Assembly: GCA_963662655.2 (NCBI GenBank)
Contig: CAXXTU010000002.1
Location: 2,592,001-2,656,000 of the forward strand
Reading direction: 5' to 3'
DNA length: 64,000 nucleotides
DNA from: Candidatus Cloacimonadales bacterium
GTDB lineage: Bacteria; Cloacimonadota; Cloacimonadia; Cloacimonadales; JAIOQZ01
A model generated the notes under the pieces. The model did no database searches and was not told the DNA's origin. It saw only the letters and a list, made by a program, of their open reading frames with translations. The position numbers and the translations under genes are program-made. Positions 49,801 through 57,761 of this stretch are shown here, piece after piece (within the stretch, counting starts at the first letter, position 1; every line of letters begins with the position of its first letter).

Positions 49801-50678
49801 TCCTGAAGATAGTTGTGGATCGTGGTCGTGGTGCTTCCGATTTCATCCGTGTTGGCTTCGATTACGATGAATCCCATTTCCCGCTTCCACTCGATGAAAG
49901 GCTGAAGCTGCTCTTCGAACATATCGTCGTAGATAACCACGTATTTGACCGGGTACTGAGTGAGTTCGTCGCGTGTTTTGAGGGGCTGATAATTGAAAAT
50001 GGATTGGCGGTAAACCGGCTCGAAGAAGTGCGAATAGGTGCGCTCGCGCTGGTGGCGGGTTTCCGAATAATCAGCTCCGATGAAATCGACTTCAACTTCC
50101 ACGCTGGAATAAACGCGAAGCGTGTTCGACGCGGGATTATATTCAACAGGGCGAACCGTAAGAAGGAACAGGCGCATACCTCGCATGATTCCGAGTTCTT
50201 CCACGTTTGCCATCTCAGAATTCAGCCAGCCGGAAGATGCGTAGACGTCACGATCGATGACGAATTCCGCGTCCTGCGGGTTCTGGCTCTTGGAGAGCGA
50301 CGGCTGTGCGGGAACGATTTGTCCTGTCAGGTTCAATGAGGCTAAGGATATTTCCTGATATTCACCTGCGTTGACGTTAACGTTGACATCTGCTCCGTAG
50401 GGAACAGCAATGATTTCACGGTTCAGAGGGAGACGAGGTTGTCCAGGTTCAGTAACGAACTCGAAATCTTCGGCGCTGACGGCGGTGAAATCGCCTTCAC
50501 GCGTTTCGACAGAGTTCAGCTCAAGTCCAGATATGTGAAAACGGGCTTCGAAACCGCTTGTAGAATTTCTCGTGAGTTGAACAGGTTGTGATCCGTTATT
50601 CGAATCGATGGGTTGATAGGTTGCGAATAATGACATTGCTATTGCGCTCATCAGAATGAACGTTAGAATGCGTTTCAT
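46848..50678 (-). CDS. C25 cysteine peptidase, Lys-gingipain (Kgp)-like, with propeptide and CTD
   Basis: Motifs NYTAHGSPSSWADP, GNCC, YWDEDYWWGVGA and DKTLMYEKY. Confidence 0.9.
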   Translation of the reverse strand: MKRILTFILMSAIAMSLFATYQPIDSNNGSQPVQLTRNSTSGFEARFHISGLELNSVETREGDFTAVSAEDFEFVTEPGQPRLPLNREIIAVPYGADVNVNVNAGEYQEISLASLNLTGQIVPAQPSLSKSQNPQDAEFVIDRDVYASSGWLNSEMANVEELGIMRGMRLFLLTVRPVEYNPASNTLRVYSSVEVEVDFIGADYSETRHQRERTYSHFFEPVYRQSIFNYQPLKTRDELTQYPVKYVVIYDDMFEEQLQPFIEWKREMGFIVIEANTDEIGSTTTTIHNYLQDLYDEATDTDPAPSFVLFVGDVAQIPAYNGSQGNHITDLNYVKLDGNDFFPEMYYGRFSANNTSELQPQIDKTLMYEKYEMPDPSYLGEVVMIAGMDSYHGSTWANGQINYGTTNYFNEDHDIESHTYLYPNSGSNSSNIISDVSNGVGFVNYTAHGSPSSWADPQFTISDINSLNNNGEYPMVVGNCCSTNEFQETQCFAEAWLRAANKGAIGYIGGTNSTYWDEDYWWGVGAGSIVTNPTYEGTGRGTYDGLFHDNGEGEEDWFVTAGSMVMCGNLAVVEGGGDQNYYWEIYELMGEPSITPYMGVPIENTVEYGEQILIGLTQFEVTADPYSYVSLTMDGEVYGVGLVDDSGNLTMDIVPFTEPGDAQLVITAQNRQPVITTVQVVPSDGAYLIADDFIYSDGENNIPEFAEAALLSLPLTNVGNDPAQDITITVICTDGYASFTDNEVTLQLLSSNESVTLTDAFSMEIAGNVPDQHELSIDIHISATVNGEEATWEMHNEITVNAPDFEIGEMSVFDVNGNNNGQLDPGETTAISFPVTNTGHVDSPDVTAMLICNNPYITIDGNSDDIGSLDIDESEDATFIVTLAEDVPEGIDINLGFGIFAGEYSFQITYGVTVSEMYEDFENGLDLFGWDMSGNASWNLTENDVFEGDYCLRSGTISHNQTSVAEISVDIASDGEMSFFYRVSSEEDYDYLQFYIDNTMTQEWAGSINWAQASYEVTEGVHTFKWVYKKDNSESHGSDCAWIDLIQFPSVPSDPTPIFMVNETDLDFGDVMVGDSVLVDVTIFNYGNETMDGAVNTIDGFTLLLDSARETRSSKSSKQTREMYTYSIEPGDAWMFTLVFAPLDEGDFSGEITITSNDPYAENSVINVAASGYIMGENGNDVPVFTTELKGNYPNPFNPETTISFSLAEKSDVRIDVFNILGQKVKTLVSQKMDAGNHSIVWEGKDQNNHQVGSGVYFYKMKTGRYVSVKKMLLIK

Positions 50679-50937
50679 AGTTACTAACTCCTTGCTCGAT
50701 TTATATTATATATACCATATTAATCAGAGAATACGATGCAAGTTTGAATCCAAATCCGAATCATTTTTCTTTCCTGAAGCCGCTCGATCCCGGTTCGTCC
50801 GCTCTTTCGCTCGTGCACCTGCCGAAATGGCAGAGGGTTCGACGGCGCTGATATCATGGGGACGGTTCACAAAATGTTTGACAAGAAAATCCCTCGATTC
50901 CATGTTTCGGTAGGATATTTTGTGACAGGAGGTACTT

Positions 50938-51300
50938 ATGGATCATAAGAAAATGCTCGATAACCTTCGAAAAGAAGTAAATGTCGCACTTTCCAAGGTG
51001 TTTGACGAAGTCGGAAAAGCAACGAAAGTCTCCGGTCACCGTCTGGCGATCAACTCGCTCAAGAGCGATATCCGCGAACAGAAAGAGAAGCTCGGAACGA
51101 TGGTCTGTGAAAACGAGGAGCTTTCGCAATTGCCTGAACTTAGAGACGTTGTGGCCAGGATTGTCGCGCTGCAGGAAGAGATCGAAAAACGCGAAGAGAA
51201 AATTCGGAAGATGAAAGAAAGGGAAAATGCCGCAGAGGATGATATCGAAGACGAGCCGGAAGAACCCGCAGAGCCCGAAAGTCCTGAAGAAGAGCGTTAA
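50938..51300 (+). CDS. Hypothetical coiled-coil protein
   Basis: Strong AGGAGG RBS; 120 aa, helical, with an acidic tail. Confidence 0.7.
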   Translation: MDHKKMLDNLRKEVNVALSKVFDEVGKATKVSGHRLAINSLKSDIREQKEKLGTMVCENEELSQLPELRDVVARIVALQEEIEKREEKIRKMKERENAAEDDIEDEPEEPAEPESPEEER

Positions 51301-51865
51301 GCTCCTGGTTTTGGCTGTCATCGTCATGCTGATGGCATGCAACGCGTTCTCTCCGCGGGACTCCGAAGAGCCTGAATCCGGGGTTGAATGGAATTCATTC
51401 CCGATTCAGCCGCAGCAGGTCTTGGAGAACCTCGTTTACGCCTACGAATTCAGCCAGAACAGCATCAAATACGGTGAAATTTTCACGGACGAATTCCGTT
51501 TTTTCTTTGACACGCAAGATGTAAGCGATTATGGTGTTCCTCAGGAGTGGGATGCGCAAACGGAAAGCGATATGCTCCTGCTGCTCTATAATCACTTGCT
51601 CTCGAATACGGATATGACGCTGGAACTCGAAGAGGTGGAAGACGAGCCGGACGACATTCAGAGCGAGTTTGCGGAGTTTTACCGAAAATATACCTTGAGC
51701 GTTCAGCACGACCTGAATCATTTGCCGCAAACCTTTTCGGGCGTGTGTTTTCTGGAGATCGTGAAAGGCACGGATGGTTTTTGGAGAATATCACAATGGC
51801 AGGACAACAGAAAAGACCAGGAATCGGTTACCTGGGGGAGGTTGAAATATGAAGTTTCACCGTAA
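51227..51865 (+). CDS. Hypothetical lipoprotein, possibly NTF2/SnoaL-like; start uncertain
   Basis: Lipobox LMAC; segment VLENLVYAY; C-terminal WRISQWQD. Confidence 0.7.
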   Translation: MPQRMISKTSRKNPQSPKVLKKSVKLLVLAVIVMLMACNAFSPRDSEEPESGVEWNSFPIQPQQVLENLVYAYEFSQNSIKYGEIFTDEFRFFFDTQDVSDYGVPQEWDAQTESDMLLLLYNHLLSNTDMTLELEEVEDEPDDIQSEFAEFYRKYTLSVQHDLNHLPQTFSGVCFLEIVKGTDGFWRISQWQDNRKDQESVTWGRLKYEVSP

Positions 51866-52439
51866 TGCCCTATGGGGTGTAACCCTTGTTCTGTCTATTC
51901 TGTTTACAGCCGGGTGCGATAGTCCGTTCAATCCGGACATGCGTAAACCAATGGAGACAGTGACGAATCCGATTGCCGTCTCTCCCGAGATTGCGCTCCA
52001 GAATCTTCAAAACGCCTACAACACGCAGAATATCGATCTGTACAAGCAATGCTTGTCGGAATCGTTCACTTTCGTGCTCGTTTCATCGGAGTCCACCGAG
52101 ATCGGCATCGACATGGACGGCGACGGCTTGAAAGACGACTGGTGGGGATACGACGAAGAGGTGGAATACCACGAGAATCTCTTTGTTTACGGTTCCAGCG
52201 ATGGAAGAACGCCCCCGCCTTACAATATCTCGCTTACGTTGCAGGTACCACCGGATTCGATCTGGAGCTATTCTCAGATTGATGACGAAACGTACAATCT
52301 GATTATTCCTTGTTACTTCGATCTCCGCCTCAGCTATGAGTCGTCCGAGATCGTTTCGAATGGTTATGCACGGTTTTTCCTGACGGAGGACGAGGGGGTC
52401 TGGAAGATCACTCGCTGGCAGGACGAATCGAATATATAA
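51849..52439 (+). CDS. Hypothetical lipoprotein, paralogue of the preceding gene
   Basis: Lipobox TAGC; segment ALQNLQNAY; C-terminal WKITRWQD. Confidence 0.75.
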   Translation: MKFHRNALWGVTLVLSILFTAGCDSPFNPDMRKPMETVTNPIAVSPEIALQNLQNAYNTQNIDLYKQCLSESFTFVLVSSESTEIGIDMDGDGLKDDWWGYDEEVEYHENLFVYGSSDGRTPPPYNISLTLQVPPDSIWSYSQIDDETYNLIIPCYFDLRLSYESSEIVSNGYARFFLTEDEGVWKITRWQDESNI

Positions 52440-52460
52440 GAAAGACAGAACACTTGACCT

Positions 52461-52880
52461 ATGGGATTATATCGAATTTTAGCTATTGATTTCGGTAATT
52501 CGAAAATCGGATTCGCACTTACGGACCCGATGCGGATTATCTCCAGGCCTTATTACACGCTCCGGTACGATACGGAAGACATCGCGCTGGACTGGATACG
52601 AGAGACAATCCAGAGAGAACGTGTCGGACGCATCGTGATGGGGCTGCCCATCGACATGGAAGGCAAGGAAACGCATCAATCGTCGCTGACCCGGCAATTC
52701 GCGGAGAGGCTGAAATCCAGCGTGGAGGTCCCCGTCGATTTCCAGGACGAGCGTTTCACCAGTGAAGAGGCCAACGAAGAAATCAAAAAGATGGGCAAGG
52801 ACCCGATAAACGGACGGAAAATCATTGATCAAGTCGCGGCGTCCATTATCCTGAAGAATTATCTGGAATCCTATCGATGA
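52461..52880 (+). CDS. ruvX: YqgF/RuvX nuclease
   Basis: Motifs ILAIDFG, IVMGLP, QDERFTS and IDQVAASIIL. Confidence 0.93.
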   Translation: MGLYRILAIDFGNSKIGFALTDPMRIISRPYYTLRYDTEDIALDWIRETIQRERVGRIVMGLPIDMEGKETHQSSLTRQFAERLKSSVEVPVDFQDERFTSEEANEEIKKMGKDPINGRKIIDQVAASIILKNYLESYR

Positions 52881-53869
52881 AACGGGTGCTTCCCATAGCG
52901 ATTTTGCTCGTGATCGCGGTGTTTATCGCGCTTGACGTGAAAATGCTGCTCGAGCCGGTTTATGTACGGGACACAATCATCGACGTCTCCCAGGGCGAAA
53001 CGGCAAAATCCATCTCCAAAAAACTATTCGATAGCGGAATTATACGAAGCAGGTTCTTCTTCGAGATGTTCGCGCGATACAAGGGCATCGACCGCAAGCT
53101 GAGTCGCGGGAAGTACCTCTTCAGCGGGAAGATCACCATCGGCGAAGCCCTGAAAAGACTGCATGCGGCAAAGGTTATCCTGCGAAAAGTGACCATCCCC
53201 GAGGGTATGACCGCCCGTCGAACCGCCCACGTTCTCGCGGACAACGGTTTTGGTGACTACCAGCGTTTCATGTACCTGATGCAGGACTCGACGTTCATCA
53301 AACAAGTTACAGGCTTCTCCCTCCCTTCGCTGGAAGGATTTCTTTACCCCGAAACCTACCATTTCCCTGAGGGCGTCAAAGAGGAATTCATTCTCCGGCA
53401 CATCGTCGATCAATTCTGGAAAATGACGGCAAACACCTTCGAGAACACGAGAGAACTCCACGATTTCTATGATACCATGATCCTTGCTTCCATCGTGGAG
53501 CGCGAAGCGCGCAAGGAAGACGAAAAGCCTTTCATCGCCGACGTCTACCTCAACCGTATCGAGAAGGGGATGTTGCTCCAGGCGGATCCGACCATCGCAT
53601 ACGCACTGGAAAACGCCGGCATTCGACGGTCGCGGATTCTTTACAAGGACCTCCGCTTCGATTCACCCTATAACACTTACCGGAATCAGGGACTGCCCCC
53701 CACGCCCGTATGCAATCCCACGATCAGCGCGATCGAGGCGGTTCTGGCTCCGCAGGATACGAACTATTTATTCTTCTTCGCCGACGGCACCGGAGGACAC
53801 ATCTTCTCGGAAACCTACCGGCAGCATTCGTCACGTTTGCGCAAACTGAGGAACGACAATGGGCGATAG
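52877..53869 (+). CDS. mltG: Endolytic transglycosylase MltG
   Basis: Motifs VTIPEG, LEGFLYPETY, LASIVEREA, LQADPT and SPYNTY...GLPPTP. Confidence 0.95.
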   Translation: MKRVLPIAILLVIAVFIALDVKMLLEPVYVRDTIIDVSQGETAKSISKKLFDSGIIRSRFFFEMFARYKGIDRKLSRGKYLFSGKITIGEALKRLHAAKVILRKVTIPEGMTARRTAHVLADNGFGDYQRFMYLMQDSTFIKQVTGFSLPSLEGFLYPETYHFPEGVKEEFILRHIVDQFWKMTANTFENTRELHDFYDTMILASIVEREARKEDEKPFIADVYLNRIEKGMLLQADPTIAYALENAGIRRSRILYKDLRFDSPYNTYRNQGLPPTPVCNPTISAIEAVLAPQDTNYLFFFADGTGGHIFSETYRQHSSRLRKLRNDNGR

Positions 53870-55055
53870 GATTCTTCTCGATCTGGCCATTATCATCTTC
53901 TGCTCCAAGATCATGGAAGCGCTTTCGCGCAGGCTCAAGCAGCCGCCGGTCATCGGCATGCTTCTGCTTGGCGTGATTCTGGGGCCGAGTTTCTTCAACC
54001 TCGTGGAATCGGATGTCATCATCCAGTGGCTTGCCAAGCTGGGCGTGCTCTTCCTGCTGTTCGAGGCCGGTCTCGAGACCAATCTCAAGCAGATTCGCCA
54101 GGACTCGAAGCAGGCGCTGCTACCCGCCTTGGGCGGAATCACCGTACCGATGCTCCTTGGATTCGGGCTCTCGATGCTTTTCAACAAGGGCGTAATGCAC
54201 AGCCTGACCATCGGCGTGATCTTCACGGCCACAAGCGTGAGCGTGAGTGTGATGACCCTGATCGATCTCGGCAAGCTGAAGGGTATCGAGGGGCGTTGCA
54301 TCGTGAACGCGGCGATCATCGACGACGTGGTGGGCATTCTTCTGGTCACGTTCCTATTCGGGATGAGCCTGGGGCACAGCGGCGGTTTGCACATGCCTGG
54401 CGTCGCGTTCCTGCACTCGATCGGGAAGATTGTCGGATTCTTCGCGGTGATTTTCCTATTCGGCTTCTTCGTTCTCAAGCCGTTCTTCCTCAACATCAAG
54501 AAGTTTTATCTGGAGACGGCGGTTCTCTCGCTGACCATCTCGCTGATCTTCGTCTATGCCTGGCTGGCGGAACAGGCGGAAATCGCCGCGATTACCGGCG
54601 CATATTTCGCCGGACTTTTCGTGGGACAGACGAAGTATAAACACTCGATTCAGGAGGATATCTCCACCGTTGGGAAATCGTTCTTCGTGGATGTGTTCTT
54701 CGTGAATATCGGCTTGGGAATTCACCTTTTCAAGCTCAGGACCGATCCGATTTTCCTGCTTCTCTTTGTGTTCCTGGCGATGGCGGGGAAATTCGTGGGC
54801 AGCTCCATCGGGGCAAGATTCAGCAGTTTCGACTGGCTGCGTTCCATGCGTATCGGTTTCGGGATGATCCCTCGTGGCGAGGTAGCACTGATCATCGCAA
54901 ATATGGCGGTGGAAAAGCAATTGATTTCCACCGGGGAGCTCTCTTCGACGATCATGCTGGTTATCATCAGCGCGTTTGTGACACCGATACTGCTGAAATA
55001 CAGCTATTCGAGGCTTCAACGCAAATCTTTCAACGGAGGCGGCAATGTGGAATGA
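53859..55055 (+). CDS. Cation:proton antiporter (CPA2, NapA-like)
   Basis: Motifs FEAGLET, ATSVSVS, AAIIDD and GMIPRGEVALI. Confidence 0.93.
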   Translation: MGDRILLDLAIIIFCSKIMEALSRRLKQPPVIGMLLLGVILGPSFFNLVESDVIIQWLAKLGVLFLLFEAGLETNLKQIRQDSKQALLPALGGITVPMLLGFGLSMLFNKGVMHSLTIGVIFTATSVSVSVMTLIDLGKLKGIEGRCIVNAAIIDDVVGILLVTFLFGMSLGHSGGLHMPGVAFLHSIGKIVGFFAVIFLFGFFVLKPFFLNIKKFYLETAVLSLTISLIFVYAWLAEQAEIAAITGAYFAGLFVGQTKYKHSIQEDISTVGKSFFVDVFFVNIGLGIHLFKLRTDPIFLLLFVFLAMAGKFVGSSIGARFSSFDWLRSMRIGFGMIPRGEVALIIANMAVEKQLISTGELSSTIMLVIISAFVTPILLKYSYSRLQRKSFNGGGNVE

Positions 55056-55866
55056 TTGCATCAACGAAAATCTGATCATCGTCAATCCGAAGGTCAAAGA
55101 CAAGAACGACCTCTTCGAGAAGATGGTAAATCACGTTTATAATCAGGATATCATCCGGGATCACAAATCATTTCTCAAGGCGATCCACAGCAGGGAGGAA
55201 GCTGCCAACACCGAATTGATTCCGGAGGTGGCCCTGCCGCATGCGCGGGACGAAAGCTGCGAAAAGGTATTCCTCAGCATCATCGTTCTCAAGGACGGGA
55301 TCGACTACGGAAATCCGGAGATGGGACCGGCGAAGATCATCTTCTTCTTCGGCGCGCCGCCGGAAGAGAACAGGATTTACCTGCAACTGCTGGCGAAATC
55401 GTCGAGACTTCTGAAGAGCGATAAATTCAAGAACGAGCTTCTGCAGGCAAAAACCCCTGCCGACATCCTCGCGGTGATCAGTCGCCACGAAGAGCAGGAA
55501 AAGCGGCAGGAAGACGCCGCTAAATATGCACTGACCATCGTTCTGCACAACCCAGATTTCCTGGATGGTTTGCTCTCGACGCTCGTTGAACTTGGTATAA
55601 CAAATGCATCCATTATTGACAGTATTTCCATGGCTCGCAAACTTGCCTACGAGATGCCCGTTTTTGCGGGACTCAGTTATATGTCGCCGGGAAAGGACCA
55701 AAAATCTACGGTCGTTCAGTGCCTGGTGAGCGAGCAAAACGTAGCCCGCAGGCTATACGGATTGCTCCGGGAATTCAAAATTGATATGGACAAACCCGGG
55801 ACAGGCTACCTGTATCTGAACAGGCTGGACGCCTTTTTCGGAAATCCTGAAGAATTGGTGGAATAG
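55045..55866 (+). CDS. PTS EIIA (Fru/Ntr-type) domain fused to a PII-like domain
   Basis: REEAANT...VALPHAR (phospho-His motif); C-terminal LTIVLHN...LVELGITNASIIDS...PGTG. Confidence 0.8.
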   Translation: MWNDCINENLIIVNPKVKDKNDLFEKMVNHVYNQDIIRDHKSFLKAIHSREEAANTELIPEVALPHARDESCEKVFLSIIVLKDGIDYGNPEMGPAKIIFFFGAPPEENRIYLQLLAKSSRLLKSDKFKNELLQAKTPADILAVISRHEEQEKRQEDAAKYALTIVLHNPDFLDGLLSTLVELGITNASIIDSISMARKLAYEMPVFAGLSYMSPGKDQKSTVVQCLVSEQNVARRLYGLLREFKIDMDKPGTGYLYLNRLDAFFGNPEELVE

Positions 55867-56435
55867 TGAAGATTTTTATTATGCGGCATGGAGATTCGAC
55901 CCATCTGGTGGGCGATTTCCAACAGAAGACAACCTGGAAAGAGTTTCGAAAACAACTTCCCTCATGGGACAGTGCGCAGCTCACTGAGCTTGGCATCAGG
56001 CAGGTGAGGGAGGCTGAGAAAAAATGGCGCGGGAAATTCAGGAAGATTTTCCACAGTCCGTTGCCCCGCGCAAAGGACACTGCGTCCTTGATGAATCCCG
56101 AGGGGAAGATACCTTCGGAGGCATGGCCGGAGCTCCGTGAAATCGATGCGGCCTCGCTACGTCTTCCGGGATGGATTCAGATATCGCTGTATAATTGGTT
56201 TGTCTACACGTTCTTCAATTCGATCTTCAATTTCGGGATTTTCAAGATCATGCACAACGCTGCTTGCATCATGAAGAGGGCGGCCGGATACAACGAACCG
56301 GTCGTGCTTGTTTCTCACAAGGCAAGGATACTGGCATTGCTCCTGTGGGTGAGAATTCACTGGAAATGGCGCGTGGTGAGTATCGATACGGATCCCGCCG
56401 GCGTAACCGTAGTGGAATACAAATCGAAGAAATAG
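55866..56435 (+). CDS. Histidine phosphatase superfamily protein
   Basis: Motifs IMRHG, HSPLPRAKDTA, LREID and VLVSH. Confidence 0.8.
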   Translation: MKIFIMRHGDSTHLVGDFQQKTTWKEFRKQLPSWDSAQLTELGIRQVREAEKKWRGKFRKIFHSPLPRAKDTASLMNPEGKIPSEAWPELREIDAASLRLPGWIQISLYNWFVYTFFNSIFNFGIFKIMHNAACIMKRAAGYNEPVVLVSHKARILALLLWVRIHWKWRVVSIDTDPAGVTVVEYKSKK

Positions 56436-56439
56436 CCTT

Positions 56440-57177
56440 CTAGCGGCCTTCTACGTGGAGGATTCGCGTTGATCTCTTGAGCGTTCTGAGAACGATGTAG
56501 ACTACTGCCGCTGCGATCAGTGCGATGATCCACCCCTTCGAGAGTACAAGCTTGTGAACGTGGATCAGATTGTACAACACTTCGACAATACAGAACGAGA
56601 CTACCATACCGAGAAGCCCCGAGTATTCCCTTTTCAGTACGTTTCGCATCGAGAAGGTGAGCTTGGAGGTCTTCCAGTTTTTGCATCGCGGGTAAAATGC
56701 AGGGGTGAAGCGAGACCACTCCGCGTATGCCTTGCCGAATTTCTCGGACAGGAATTCCTCTTCCGCCAGCATGATACGCTCGTAATAGAGGGCGTAGGTC
56801 ACGCAGAAGAAAATGATGAACCACACGTGTTGCGTATAGAGGATAACGCCGAACCACATGAGGAAATTGCCCAGATAGAGCGGGTGACGGATCTGCGAGT
56901 AAATCCCGGTCGTGTTGAGTTCGTCCGCGATCTGTTTATGCGTGTTTCTGCCGGAGGTTCTTCTGGGAACCTGGCCGATGGTGATTATGCGAATCCCAAA
57001 GCCCACTACTGCAACGAAAAGACAGAAACCGTTGTAGATATGGTGATAGAGAGGGTATGGGGTCAAGGGTCTGGTGGGAAGTAGTGACAGAACGATGAAG
57101 ATGAGCAGAATGAGCGGCAGGTAGCTCCTGTGACGGAAGAGCCACTGTCCTTGCGCGTGAAGTTCCTTGGATAGCAT
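56440..57177 (-). CDS. ICMT/PEMT-family membrane methyltransferase, LmtA-like
   Basis: Motifs TTGIYSQIRHPLYLGN and YYERIMLAEEEFL; N-terminus QGQWLFRHRSYLP. Confidence 0.82.
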   Translation of the reverse strand: MLSKELHAQGQWLFRHRSYLPLILLIFIVLSLLPTRPLTPYPLYHHIYNGFCLFVAVVGFGIRIITIGQVPRRTSGRNTHKQIADELNTTGIYSQIRHPLYLGNFLMWFGVILYTQHVWFIIFFCVTYALYYERIMLAEEEFLSEKFGKAYAEWSRFTPAFYPRCKNWKTSKLTFSMRNVLKREYSGLLGMVVSFCIVEVLYNLIHVHKLVLSKGWIIALIAAAVVYIVLRTLKRSTRILHVEGR

Positions 57178-57761
57178 TATTTCCCCTTGTTGTTCGAATA
57201 ATGAACAAACATATCATTTGATTCTTTTTTTAGGGAGGGTCTTGTTTGGGCAAGATTTTTTTTGAAGATCAATGAGAAATAATATTTATACAAAATAATA
57301 TTATAGTGTATGATATTATCATGCAACAAGAAACGTTTGCAAGCAAAAGCGGATTTAAGCCTTGAAGTGAATTTAACTCAGATATTGATTTGCAATTAAT
57401 CTTCATTATTATCCGTTCAGGATGCGGTTTATTGCTCGCGAAATTAACTGTGAAAATGAATGAGATTTACGAAGTATGCGCTAAATGAAACTTAGTCAAT
57501 GAGCTACGCACGATATAGACTGGATTGGCGGAGTGATAAATGTCTCGTTTTGTAAGTATATTGTTAGCAGCGGATTATATCTTTGTGGCAACAGAAAAAA
57601 AAATTGACAGCATGGTTGCGAATTCTAAATTAATGAAGCTATGGGAATAGTGTGTGTATCTCAATGCATTTGAGTGCGTTGCTGTTGATGTTGAATGTAG
57701 AAGCTAAAAATAACAGTGAATCATAATAAGAAAATCAAATGATCTAATCAAGGAGAAAGGA

